A program made the position numbers and the translations under genes. Positions 9,245 to 18,822 of a stretch of 64,000 bases of DNA are shown piece after piece (positions within the stretch are counted from its first letter, which is position 1; every line of letters starts with the position of its first letter). Below the pieces are notes generated by a model. That model worked only from the letters and a program-made list of their open reading frames with translations, was not told the DNA's origin and ran no database searches. This stretch comes from a virus. Where the stretch lies: the IMG/VR virus record IMGVR_UViG_3300033155_000498, positions 1-64,000 of that record. The stretch is one strand, 5' to 3'.

Positions 9245-10237
9245 TTAAAAGTACTTTGCATTATGTTCTGAGTATTCAAGCCAGTTTTTACCTGCTCGTA
9301 TACGGCGGTGGGTGCCTAATCTACCTAATTCTGCTGCTAGTCCTGGGGTCATTTCAAACCCAGCTATGCTGGCTGCTGTTGACAAGTTCATGTGTCCAAG
9401 CATACCCGGACCTTGTTCGTGATCCCAAACAACAACTAATGGATTTTGACTTGTTGTTTCTGGTTTGCCATCTTCTGTAACTTTGCCACGGGACTTGCGT
9501 ACTGCATTAACAGCATTAATAACCTTCTTTGCTAGTGCAACGAATGTCTCACCGTTGTTAACTTTAAATTCTTCTTCTACATCGGATATATGGCTAGCAA
9601 ACAATCCCATGCGTTTAATCTGTGCTATCAGCTCTTGCATATTAATATCAATTGGCTTGCTTTCGGTAACGGCTTTAGATTCAAATGCTGATTGATGTAG
9701 CTGTTGATTTGTGGCTGCGTCTGGAATAGGTATACGATTTGCTGCTTGATATGCAATTTTATTCCACATGTGTTCTGGTGCATCTAGTTCGTGTGCAATG
9801 TCCTTAAGATACATGTGTAGTGCTGTATCCTCATCACCGCCCATAACAACAGACATTAACATCTCTTGGTCTTGTGACCCGGTTAGTATAACTAGTTCTA
9901 CCCAGTCATCAAATGACTTTGTATCGTTCTCTTCTCTAACGGGCCTATTTTGTAATTTGTTGATACGATCTCTAAGATCATTTAACTCGGATTCTTGATC
10001 GTTGTTTACTCTTTCGTTGTCATCAATTTCAACGTCCTGATCCTTATTGTAAATATCCAAAGAATTAAGTTCTTTGTCTTGAACTTGTTGTTCATCGCCC
10101 ATCATACTAACCAATGCGCCCAAATCATCATCAGCTGAACCGTGATATTTTGATCTTGCTCTTAGGAGTGTTTGTATAACTCGAGGATCTTTTGACTTAA
10201 TATTGTCGGCTTTTTCAAATAGTTCAAATAGTTTCAT
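9245..10237 (-). CDS. putative virion internal protein
   Basis: MKLFELFE N-terminus; several [VIL]xE putative maturation sites. Confidence 0.55.
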   Translation of the reverse strand: MKLFELFEKADNIKSKDPRVIQTLLRARSKYHGSADDDLGALVSMMGDEQQVQDKELNSLDIYNKDQDVEIDDNERVNNDQESELNDLRDRINKLQNRPVREENDTKSFDDWVELVILTGSQDQEMLMSVVMGGDEDTALHMYLKDIAHELDAPEHMWNKIAYQAANRIPIPDAATNQQLHQSAFESKAVTESKPIDINMQELIAQIKRMGLFASHISDVEEEFKVNNGETFVALAKKVINAVNAVRKSRGKVTEDGKPETTSQNPLVVVWDHEQGPGMLGHMNLSTAASIAGFEMTPGLAAELGRLGTHRRIRAGKNWLEYSEHNAKYF

Positions 10238-11538
10238 TATTTTCTGCCTGTGCGTGGAAAGCTATCTTGGTGTAGTTCTTTATATTCTTCACGGACATTT
10301 GCCATAATTTCGCGCTGGTATGATGGATCAAGGAATTTTTTCGTGGCTTGCTCAACATACTCTTTTTCGTTCTGTGCATTGGTCCTGCCAGGTCCTTCAT
10401 CTTCCCAGACTTCTTTAGCTAGCCGCACACCTTCTTGGAATAACTCTTCTGCTAATGCAGATACTAATTGATCAATTTTAGCATCTTGACCGCTGCTAAT
10501 AGTATTCGAACCGTCTTCCTGGAATGCGTCATCTGACAATTCGTCACCTGGTAATCCTGCTGCGTCTATCATATCGTTAGTTACACCAAAGCCTATATCG
10601 TTTGATTCTATTTCAATCGAATACGAAACAATCTCGCCTTTGTAACGGTCGCTTACATGTGATTCTTTAGCAGTAACATGAATTGTGTTGCCCTGGGCCA
10701 TTAAACGTTTCATGTCGCTAACCATACCATCGAAGTTTGCTGTTGTATCTGTGCCGCCTTCTTTAACTGGCTCTTCGGCTAAGTCAAACTTACCGTTTTC
10801 ACCTTTGTTTAATGAACCTTTTTCTTTTAATTTACTGTAGAATTCTTTTTCTAAGCGTGAAGTCTTATCTGCTTCAGCTTCATCCATTGAACGGAAAATG
10901 TCTGCTAATGATTGTTTCTTAGGTGCAACTGTATCTTCGTGTATCTCACCATGACCTTTGCATGTTGGGCATGTATCGCCGTATGCTGTGCCGTCACCAT
11001 TACAGTCTGGGCACGTTGTAGTTGCTGGTTCAAATTTAGCTTTGTCGCGTTTAAGTTTGTTTGTTCTAGCGTCTGCGTCAAACGGAACAACTAATGAATC
11101 TGGTTCTTCCTTTAAATCTTTATTTTGATCGTCTAGATCTATGGAACCCATTGACTGATGGCCCATTGCTTGTTGCCTGCGTTTGTCACGCTTATCTTGC
11201 ATCACATCTTTAATTTTAGCAGTAACCACGCCAGTCATATTTTCCTGGTCCCATCTATGATCTAGTTCGTCTGCGTTTGGCTCATCATCGTATTCACCGC
11301 CTACTAGGAATTTACTTGCTGGGTGCTTTGTGGCTGTATTCTTTGCCATTTTATGTTGCGCTGGCATTTGGTTAACACTTTTCTGCGCTGAGTCTAAACC
11401 TTCGAGAATGTTTTTCATTGCTGCATTATCGGTGATTTTATTCTTAGTTGGTGTGACTTCTGTTAAAGGCTTATCCTTGTCAGGCGTTGCTGCTTTATCA
11501 AACCCCTTTAAGATATCTGTCATTTTAAAATCGTTCAT
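10237..11538 (-). CDS. putative internal head protein with DnaJ-type Zn finger
   Basis: CPDCNGDG...CPTCKGHG; real start MNDFKM at 11538. Confidence 0.6.
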   Translation of the reverse strand: MNDFKMTDILKGFDKAATPDKDKPLTEVTPTKNKITDNAAMKNILEGLDSAQKSVNQMPAQHKMAKNTATKHPASKFLVGGEYDDEPNADELDHRWDQENMTGVVTAKIKDVMQDKRDKRRQQAMGHQSMGSIDLDDQNKDLKEEPDSLVVPFDADARTNKLKRDKAKFEPATTTCPDCNGDGTAYGDTCPTCKGHGEIHEDTVAPKKQSLADIFRSMDEAEADKTSRLEKEFYSKLKEKGSLNKGENGKFDLAEEPVKEGGTDTTANFDGMVSDMKRLMAQGNTIHVTAKESHVSDRYKGEIVSYSIEIESNDIGFGVTNDMIDAAGLPGDELSDDAFQEDGSNTISSGQDAKIDQLVSALAEELFQEGVRLAKEVWEDEGPGRTNAQNEKEYVEQATKKFLDPSYQREIMANVREEYKELHQDSFPRTGRK

Positions 11539-11539
11539 A

Positions 11540-11710
11540 TTAATCCTTGCCTGCGCTGTTAGCGTATTTACCGGTTTTCTTGGCTTTACTCTTCTTTTTG
11601 GTATTACCGTATACAGATGCATTACGTGTAAATGCTGGCGCAAGGGCAGACGATACTGTAGCAATGCCGCCTGCGGAAGTTGTTTCTGTTATAAATTCAT
11701 TTGCTCTCAT
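11540..11710 (-). CDS. 56-aa basic putative internal head peptide (missed by the ORF track)
   Basis: MRANEFITETTSAGGIATV...KKKSKAKKTGKYANSAGKD; ATGA overlap with the upstream gene. Confidence 0.75.
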   Translation of the reverse strand: MRANEFITETTSAGGIATVSSALAPAFTRNASVYGNTKKKSKAKKTGKYANSAGKD

Positions 11711-12123
11711 TCGTATGGTTTCCGTTTTTGTATATCGCCGAAATCAACCCTTAATAGATTCAAGACCTTTGTTAAACGCTCGTCGTCAAGTTTATCCCAG
11801 TCGTAACCTTTAAGATACTTTCTTCTCTGCTTATCGTGTGCATTATCAAGCTCTTTTTGTGTTACATGTCTAGCAGAAACAATCTTTCCCGTCGAGCCTG
11901 CTAGTTGATAGCCCTTGCGTCTAAATATTATTCCGTCACGGCCAAACACATTACCTTCTTCATCTTGTAGCCTATTACTTGAAACTACCCTTGCAATTTT
12001 TGTAACAAGTTTTTGGGGCATACCCTGAATCCCAATTTGTATAATATCACCAACTTTGGCATCATGCAGGCCTGTAATAGACTTGTCAGCTGCGCCGTTT
12101 GTTGTTACTTCGGATAAGTTCAT
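11707..12123 (-). CDS. hypothetical protein (putative internal protein)
   Basis: MNLSEV N-terminus; coupled. Confidence 0.55.
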   Translation of the reverse strand: MNLSEVTTNGAADKSITGLHDAKVGDIIQIGIQGMPQKLVTKIARVVSSNRLQDEEGNVFGRDGIIFRRKGYQLAGSTGKIVSARHVTQKELDNAHDKQRRKYLKGYDWDKLDDERLTKVLNLLRVDFGDIQKRKPYE

Positions 12124-12407
12124 TCTAATATCTCAAATCTAGTATCGTCTAGTACAATGGCGTCACCTTGCTCGATATACGGACTGCCAATTGTAAATTT
12201 ACCTGGCGCCGGGGCTAATTGTTCAAAATAGATCTGGTATACGCCGGGCTTGGCCTTAATCTGGAGCATTTCATTAATATAAAAACCATCATGGTATTTA
12301 AATGTGCGCTCTGTAAAAAGTTCGTCGTTAACATAAATGCGATACTCCGGGTAAAATCCCTGCCATTTGCATTTAACATCAAACTTGACTGTAACAAACT
12401 TTTCCAT
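12120..12407 (-). CDS. hypothetical late protein
   Basis: TAAATA-N5-ATG. Confidence 0.65.
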   Translation of the reverse strand: MEKFVTVKFDVKCKWQGFYPEYRIYVNDELFTERTFKYHDGFYINEMLQIKAKPGVYQIYFEQLAPAPGKFTIGSPYIEQGDAIVLDDTRFEILE

Positions 12408-12481
12408 AATAGTATTTATTCGGATTGGGATGATTTGAAATGAATTCTACGTTCGCATCTTGTTACTGCATATATAATTGT

Positions 12482-13369
12482 ATGGATACACTCTTCCACC
12501 TCGAATTAACCAATCTATGTACACTTAAATGCCCGGGTTGCCACAGAACGCAACTAAAGAATGAAGGCGTTAAGTGGGAAAATCATTCGGTTACACTTGA
12601 TGATTTGAAGCAGTTCATTGATGTTGATATATCAGGTAAGCAGATTAATATGTGTGGAACATATGGTGATGCTTTGTACCACCCAGACTTGATTAACATA
12701 GTTAAATGGATTAAAGAAAGCGGAGCATGTATACAGCTAACTACAAACGGCAGCCACAAGTCCTTGGCGTTCTGGGCAAGTTTAGCAGAACAGTTGGATA
12801 GCAATGACGAAGTAATATTCAGTATTGACGGCACGCCAGAGAACTTTACAGAGTACAGGATCAACGGCGATTGGAAAACTACGCTAAATGGTATAACAGC
12901 CATTGACGTTTCACCTGCTAAAATGAGTTGGAAATATATTGTATTCAACTACAACGAAAACGATATTGATGCAACAGAAGCGTTAGCATACAAACTAGGG
13001 TTTGATTCGTTTAGTACACACCTGTCTAATAGATACACAGATGACTTCAACCTAAAGTATATGCCATCCGAAAAGTTTATTAACAAGGAAGAACTTGAAG
13101 CTAGAGATAAAGTAATGTCTAATGTAGACACTGATTTTACACCTAGTTGTCGGGGAGAATCTCCAGCGTTTAACTATTATATTAGTGCTGAGGGATATTT
13201 TACGCCGTGTTGTTTATTAGCAGATAAAAGGTTTTATTATGATACGGAGTTCAGTAACGAAGATTATAATATTCGCAAGACAACATTTTCTAAGGTATTA
13301 AAAATGACTGAGGAATTCTATAAGTTCGATAATCCAACGGACGGGTGTAGGTTCTTCTGCGGTAGTTAG
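12482..13369 (+). CDS. radical SAM protein with SPASM/twitch-like C-terminus
   Basis: CTLKCPGC (CxxxCxxC), TTNG, FSIDG, C-terminal C/CC/CxxxC; likely start MDTLF. Confidence 0.85.
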   Translation: MDTLFHLELTNLCTLKCPGCHRTQLKNEGVKWENHSVTLDDLKQFIDVDISGKQINMCGTYGDALYHPDLINIVKWIKESGACIQLTTNGSHKSLAFWASLAEQLDSNDEVIFSIDGTPENFTEYRINGDWKTTLNGITAIDVSPAKMSWKYIVFNYNENDIDATEALAYKLGFDSFSTHLSNRYTDDFNLKYMPSEKFINKEELEARDKVMSNVDTDFTPSCRGESPAFNYYISAEGYFTPCCLLADKRFYYDTEFSNEDYNIRKTTFSKVLKMTEEFYKFDNPTDGCRFFCGS

Positions 13370-13605
13370 AGTTTTGCGTTAGCTAGTCTAGTATAATAGT
13401 CTGGCTTTTCAAGTAAGTGATCCAGCGCAATTTCTATTGCCATTGCATCATCATTAGTGTGTTCCAGTTCAACTTTAATCCCCATACGTAACTGAGCAAG
13501 AATTTCTTTAAGAGGCACTCCGTGCTTTCTAGCTAGTTCACTAGGTGAGTATGTTCTAACATCTGGGAACCGTTCGGCTTCTGATATAAACTCAATTGCT
13601 TTCAT
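13366..13605 (-). CDS. DUF5661-like protein with capsid-targeting-like N-terminus
   Basis: GIKVELEHT...EIALDHLLEKPDYYTRL; MKAIEFISE start. Confidence 0.7.
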   Translation of the reverse strand: MKAIEFISEAERFPDVRTYSPSELARKHGVPLKEILAQLRMGIKVELEHTNDDAMAIEIALDHLLEKPDYYTRLANAKL

Positions 13606-13613
13606 AGTACTAT

Positions 13614-14219
13614 TTAGCCGTATGTCCAATCGTTAACCAGTTTGTATTTAATGTTAAATGCGTTCATTAATAATTCCAATTCGCGCAAACATTCATGTCT
13701 ACCGCCGCCACCCATTAACGAACCACTTAATGCTTTAAGATCGCCAATGCTGATGTCAGGCAAGTATATGTTCATTTCCCTATTATCGTAGTACTCGAAG
13801 TCTTCGCCTACTAGCTTTAACCATGCTTCGTCTTCTATTTCTCTACTGTCGTTTAAATTATTTGTTACAAGGTAACGTATAACTCTGATAGTCATACTAT
13901 CGTCAACGCCTTCGTCCATCCATTGCCTTAACCATGCATACGACTTTTCTTTAAACGTAAATAGATGTGTTAAATCTTCGTCAAGTCCTTGTTCGATGTA
14001 ATGCCACATCACCTCGTTCTTTGTGTCTTCAATCCCAACGTCTTGCCCATTATAAAACACTGTAACATTCGGTTTCTTTTTGTTTATGTATTGTATAGCC
14101 TGTTGCATTGCTTCATTGTAGCCAAATCCGTCTGAATCTGCGCCTTGATGATCAGGACTATACGCAGGCTGGAAGTCTACTAGTATAAGACTGTTGCCGC
14201 GCGCCTCAACTAACTTCAT
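13614..14219 (-). CDS. isochorismatase/cysteine hydrolase-like protein
   Basis: LILVDFQ ... K ... GGGRHEC triad pattern. Confidence 0.6.
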   Translation of the reverse strand: MKLVEARGNSLILVDFQPAYSPDHQGADSDGFGYNEAMQQAIQYINKKKPNVTVFYNGQDVGIEDTKNEVMWHYIEQGLDEDLTHLFTFKEKSYAWLRQWMDEGVDDSMTIRVIRYLVTNNLNDSREIEDEAWLKLVGEDFEYYDNREMNIYLPDISIGDLKALSGSLMGGGGRHECLRELELLMNAFNIKYKLVNDWTYG

Positions 14220-15151
14220 TCGTCTGTGCTCGTTACTATTAATACTGGGACTTCGTTTACGCCAGCTTTAATAGCTGCCATTGAACGATGTACGCCTTCC
14301 TGCGACACTCGTGGACCACGTGAATAATCTAATGTAAGGATCGGAAACTGCTCTCCGTCTATCATCTTTTGTGTATATTTCTCAACTAACTCCGCATCAC
14401 GCTGTTTTGTAACTTGCTCAACAGTTTTACCAAACCCGTCTGCAACTCGATTTAAATATTCGCTTGGAGACATGTTAACTAACTCTGATACTAGGCCTTT
14501 TGCTCTTTCAAAGTATTCTGGATTTTGCATCATGTTATCGTAAAATGGCATTTCTGTTGTGTCTTTATGGAATGCATTTTGTATATCTTCGTTAGTTGGA
14601 TCGCCTTTGTCAACATCATCTTCAGCTGGTACTGGTGGCTTATTATGCCAAACTGATGTGTCGCTTATCCTACTCATGCTACCATAATCAATATAGCGAT
14701 TGTTACGCTTCACCCAAAGCAAGCCGCCTGCACGTAACGCTGGTTCGTACTTGTCTGACCCAAACTCCCCGGAAACTGTGCCGAGGTCTTTCGAACGTGG
14801 TTTACTTTTAAGTACTTCCCAAACGTGTTCTATTACAGATTCAACAGTTGGGAATAATGTTTTAATTGTTGAATATTTTCGTCCCAAGCGTCTAAGATCA
14901 CTATCGTTAACATAAAAATAACCAGGATCTTTATATCGAACGCCATCACCACGTGTCCAAACGCGCATGCCAGGATCTTTAACGTGTATTAGTGCAAGGT
15001 TAACTTTTTGATCTTTGAGTGCTAACATTGTTCTACGCTTGCCAGTCATTTTTTCTAAAACTGTGCGACTAATCTCTTTGTTTAGAGCGTCAGCAATAGC
15101 ATTAACTTTACTAAACATACTGGCTTCTGTTATAAAATCATTTGCCTTCAT
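14216..15151 (-). CDS. putative internal protein with C-terminal ParB/Srx-like domain
   Basis: MKANDFITE; QEGVHRSMAAIKAGVNEVPVLI. Confidence 0.6.
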   Translation of the reverse strand: MKANDFITEASMFSKVNAIADALNKEISRTVLEKMTGKRRTMLALKDQKVNLALIHVKDPGMRVWTRGDGVRYKDPGYFYVNDSDLRRLGRKYSTIKTLFPTVESVIEHVWEVLKSKPRSKDLGTVSGEFGSDKYEPALRAGGLLWVKRNNRYIDYGSMSRISDTSVWHNKPPVPAEDDVDKGDPTNEDIQNAFHKDTTEMPFYDNMMQNPEYFERAKGLVSELVNMSPSEYLNRVADGFGKTVEQVTKQRDAELVEKYTQKMIDGEQFPILTLDYSRGPRVSQEGVHRSMAAIKAGVNEVPVLIVTSTDE

Positions 15152-18100
15152 TGTGGGTAGTGTCCTATATTTTTCATTAAGTTTTTAAATACTTCTTCAG
15201 CGGCAGATGCCTCATTGCCGTGTATGTCACGCTCAACTTCCATTCCTTCCAACCAGCGCATGTTTGCATCCATATCTTCTACACTGTGCCTATCAGCAAT
15301 CATTTGTATTGCGTCACGATGTGACTTTGGTATAGCCGGAGTGCCGTCGTCAACTGCTGGAGCGGCTTGTTTAGCACGTCTACTCTTTAGCTGATTAATT
15401 AATTCTTCCTTGGTAATCATACCTGCGTTAAATGCTGCAAATAAAGTAAACGCTGGTTTGTCTGCTTCGCCCTGTCCTACATTGGATGCTAACTTATATA
15501 ACTTCTTAGCGTATTCTTTCTTGTACGCTGCTGGATCTGCTGCTACTGCATACGCAACAATAAAGCGGTTTATAGCTGCAAAGATAGCTTCAATATCGTG
15601 GAAGTAGTCTTCGCCGCCTGCGGATCTAAACTCGATCCAGCCATCCCTAACACCCACTGACGCAAATTTACCAAAGCTAATATTGTTAAAGGAATTACTA
15701 ACTGCATGACTCAGATCACCTTTCATTTTAGACATTAGCATTGCAAGTGATTTTTCCTTGCCTGGTTTATCTCTTTCGAAACCTTGTCGTGCATCCATCA
15801 TATCACTTAGTTGTGTGAGTGAGTGTACTGCATATTCGTTAAACTCGCGCCCAAAATGTTTTAATATATGTGCGTCACCTAGCATAATAACTAACTTCGC
15901 ATAATCCAATTTAGATTGATCCACTTTAGCAAGGCTTACGTTAATATGTAAACCTGTTGATTCGTTTGCATACGCGCCCTTGCCCTTTAGATATTCAATA
16001 ACTGCTTCAACATTCTCAATACCATCTACATAATTCATTTTTGATGTGACTATTTCCAAACCACTATCACCATCGTTATTCGGCTTAATGGACGCATCGC
16101 TTGTAACTGACCACGTTGTACTTGTATCAGTATCACCGTAACTGTCGCCGCCATCTACCGAAACACTTTCACCGGATATGTCTTCTAAGTCGCTTGCAAC
16201 TTGATGTGCAAGTTCTTCGTCAAAATCTTCTTGGTACAATGGACCACCGGGCCAAGTTAAATCACCGGACCATTCGTTATATACATCGCCCATGCTGTTT
16301 AAATGTACCTGGCGTAACCACGTACCAACAGAATAATCATAATCATTGACTGCTATTTCTGTCTCATAGAATTCTTGCTGATAAAATTCATTTAATGCTT
16401 CTATAGCTTCCACATTGTCAGCAACGAAAACTTCATAGTATAAAAGTAAGTACGGGTCGGTGGCTTCCTGCACAGGCCACTGTTCAGCATCGCCGTCTGT
16501 TTTATATGCATCGTGTGCCACACGTAACACTTCATTGGCAATCTCTTCTGTTATCTCAAGATCGTCTTCGTCTACTTTCTCACCTGCTTTATCAGCAAGA
16601 TCGTTTTTAATTCTAATAATAGCATCGTCTGCATCACTTGAGTTAACATACAGGTCTGTCATTATTTCTACTTTCTTAGTGTCTTCAACAGTTGGATTAT
16701 TAAGAGCATCGTCTACTTCACTTGTCTGCCAAGCTGATGCCCGTTCGTCTATCCATTCTTGATGCGCTGCCATCATAGTTTCAAACGCTTCGTCGTTGTC
16801 TGTGTCGTATGTAAAGAATTCGCGTATGTCGTCAAATGATGTGTGTTTAGTAATGTCCGGATTTGCTTCTGTGTCTCGCTGAATTATAACTTCAAACTCA
16901 AGTCCAATCATTGGATCAACTGATTGTATAATACTGTTTACATGCTTCTGCAATCCGCCCGGTGACATGTTAAGCTCGTTAACAAGCCCTTCGAATATAT
17001 TATTAACTGTTTTAGTTTTGCCGTTTGTTTTTAGTATTGGCGGTACACCACCTACTGTTACCGTGTGCCCTAATTTTGCTGCTTCTATTTTAGTTTGGTT
17101 AACTCCAACATCGCATGTTGTGTTAACACCTTGAACAATGCGGCCTTGTTCATTAATCTGTGTGCCTACAACTTTATGTACTAATCGTTTCGCTTCTTTA
17201 GTTCTGTCTGCTGCTATTAAACGTGTAAGTAAATCAATCTGTGCTTTTGGTGCTATTTTATAAAATTGACTGATTTCGTTAGGGCCGGTATCTGTAGCGA
17301 ACTTAGTAAGATTTGATGCTGCTTCGTAGATATAGTCATAATCAAAATCATCAAACAGGCTTTCTCTCGCTGCCATTAAACGTTTGACCATTCCTTCTGT
17401 TGCTTGTGTTGTTGTACCTGTTTCAAGCTCTGCACGTAGCTCTTGTGCTAATGTATCGGGTTCGTCTTTCTTTTGCTCAAGACTTAACTTACTGTCTTCG
17501 TGCCCGCGCCTCTTAGCCCAAAGTTTTGCAAAGTAACCATCTGTGCGTAGCATTTTAAATGCTAAGTTCTCAGGTCCAAACTCTCCAAACTCGTCTAGTC
17601 CAGCGGATCTGTACTTCTTAACTAGATCTAAAACACTGTTTAAATATTCTGAATCGTCGGAGGCCAATGCACGAATAGCAAGGTTCTTTAGTTTGTCGTA
17701 TTTTAATAAGGTTGCAGTATCGTTAAGGTTTGCACGTTGCTTAGATGGAATCTTATTCCACTCATCCTTCATAACACTGTAGCTACCTAAGGAATGATGT
17801 GGTTCTGCTGCATCTTGTACGTACAGCTCAACTTCATATCCTTTAATTTTAATATCGTGGTTGTGATTGTATTGATACTTCTTAGCATCAAACATTTCTT
17901 TATAAACTTCGTTATTTGGAAGTTTTGTAAAGTCTACTATAAGGTGTAAGTCAACATCTGAGTGTGGTGTATAACTATATGCTGCATTAGATCCACTTAC
18001 TTCGATATCAACTAATGCGATGTTCTGTACGCCTAAGAACTCGCGGAAATGATCCGCAATCTCTATTAGTTTATTACGTACCAGCGGGCGCATCTTGTCA

Positions 18101-18183
18101 TTCATAAAGATTTGTGGATTCAAATCAGTATTAAAGTTTATGGCCTTCGTTAGTTGGAAGTTGTCGAGTTCTTCTAAATTCAT
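15148..18183 (-). CDS. nucleotidyltransferase + putative amidoligase (COOH-NH2 ligase) multidomain protein
   Basis: N-terminal SGSNA...SDVDLH (pol-beta NTase); C-terminal GLEFE, DASI, GLEIVT, NESTGLHINVS, IEFRSAGG. Confidence 0.75.
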   Translation of the reverse strand: MNLEELDNFQLTKAINFNTDLNPQIFMNDKMRPLVRNKLIEIADHFREFLGVQNIALVDIEVSGSNAAYSYTPHSDVDLHLIVDFTKLPNNEVYKEMFDAKKYQYNHNHDIKIKGYEVELYVQDAAEPHHSLGSYSVMKDEWNKIPSKQRANLNDTATLLKYDKLKNLAIRALASDDSEYLNSVLDLVKKYRSAGLDEFGEFGPENLAFKMLRTDGYFAKLWAKRRGHEDSKLSLEQKKDEPDTLAQELRAELETGTTTQATEGMVKRLMAARESLFDDFDYDYIYEAASNLTKFATDTGPNEISQFYKIAPKAQIDLLTRLIAADRTKEAKRLVHKVVGTQINEQGRIVQGVNTTCDVGVNQTKIEAAKLGHTVTVGGVPPILKTNGKTKTVNNIFEGLVNELNMSPGGLQKHVNSIIQSVDPMIGLEFEVIIQRDTEANPDITKHTSFDDIREFFTYDTDNDEAFETMMAAHQEWIDERASAWQTSEVDDALNNPTVEDTKKVEIMTDLYVNSSDADDAIIRIKNDLADKAGEKVDEDDLEITEEIANEVLRVAHDAYKTDGDAEQWPVQEATDPYLLLYYEVFVADNVEAIEALNEFYQQEFYETEIAVNDYDYSVGTWLRQVHLNSMGDVYNEWSGDLTWPGGPLYQEDFDEELAHQVASDLEDISGESVSVDGGDSYGDTDTSTTWSVTSDASIKPNNDGDSGLEIVTSKMNYVDGIENVEAVIEYLKGKGAYANESTGLHINVSLAKVDQSKLDYAKLVIMLGDAHILKHFGREFNEYAVHSLTQLSDMMDARQGFERDKPGKEKSLAMLMSKMKGDLSHAVSNSFNNISFGKFASVGVRDGWIEFRSAGGEDYFHDIEAIFAAINRFIVAYAVAADPAAYKKEYAKKLYKLASNVGQGEADKPAFTLFAAFNAGMITKEELINQLKSRRAKQAAPAVDDGTPAIPKSHRDAIQMIADRHSVEDMDANMRWLEGMEVERDIHGNEASAAEEVFKNLMKNIGHYPQ

Positions 18184-18201
18184 ATCAGTATTTATGAAGA
18201 T

Positions 18202-18792
18202 CTACGAGCGTGTGATGTTTACGGACTTGTGTGACCATACGTGCCCGCCGATATCACGCCAGCGGTTGCAAAATTCCCAGGACTCATCCTGCTCTATATT
18301 TTTGCGTACTGTGGTTTCGAAATATGATCTTAGTAAGGAATCATCGCTAAATGCAGATACACGTGGGTGGTCTTTTAGGTGTTCAAATGCTTCGCGGCTT
18401 ATCATCATAAATCCGCCATCAACGTTATCAACTTCTCTAGTGTCAACTTCGTCTAGCATTTTAGTGGTACAGTATTGATTGACTGGACCAATTATATGTT
18501 TCTTAGCTGAAAGTAACGCTAATACTTGCCATGGTTCAAATCTAACATCTGCGTCAATGAATAACAAATGTGTTAGTTTAGGGAAGTTTAAGAACGTTGA
18601 TACTAGAGTATTTTTTAAGCCTGGAACGAGTACAGCGGCTTCAGCTGTATGTCCAATGCCAATTTGTGTTGCTGTTTCGCTCCACATAACATAACTTTGA
18701 AATGTGTGAGTGGATATACCGGGTTGGGAGAATATGCAGGTGTGTACGTGTTGTTCTTTAAGGTAGTCAATGGGTGCTAAATTTATGTTCAT
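18202..18792 (-). CDS. GT-A fold glycosyltransferase-like protein
   Basis: THLLFIDAD (DxD), GGFMMISREAF, FCNRWRDIGG. Confidence 0.6.
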   Translation of the reverse strand: MNINLAPIDYLKEQHVHTCIFSQPGISTHTFQSYVMWSETATQIGIGHTAEAAVLVPGLKNTLVSTFLNFPKLTHLLFIDADVRFEPWQVLALLSAKKHIIGPVNQYCTTKMLDEVDTREVDNVDGGFMMISREAFEHLKDHPRVSAFSDDSLLRSYFETTVRKNIEQDESWEFCNRWRDIGGHVWSHKSVNITRS

Positions 18793-18822
18793 AACTGTAT
18801 TTAATACAATTATGTACGTAGT

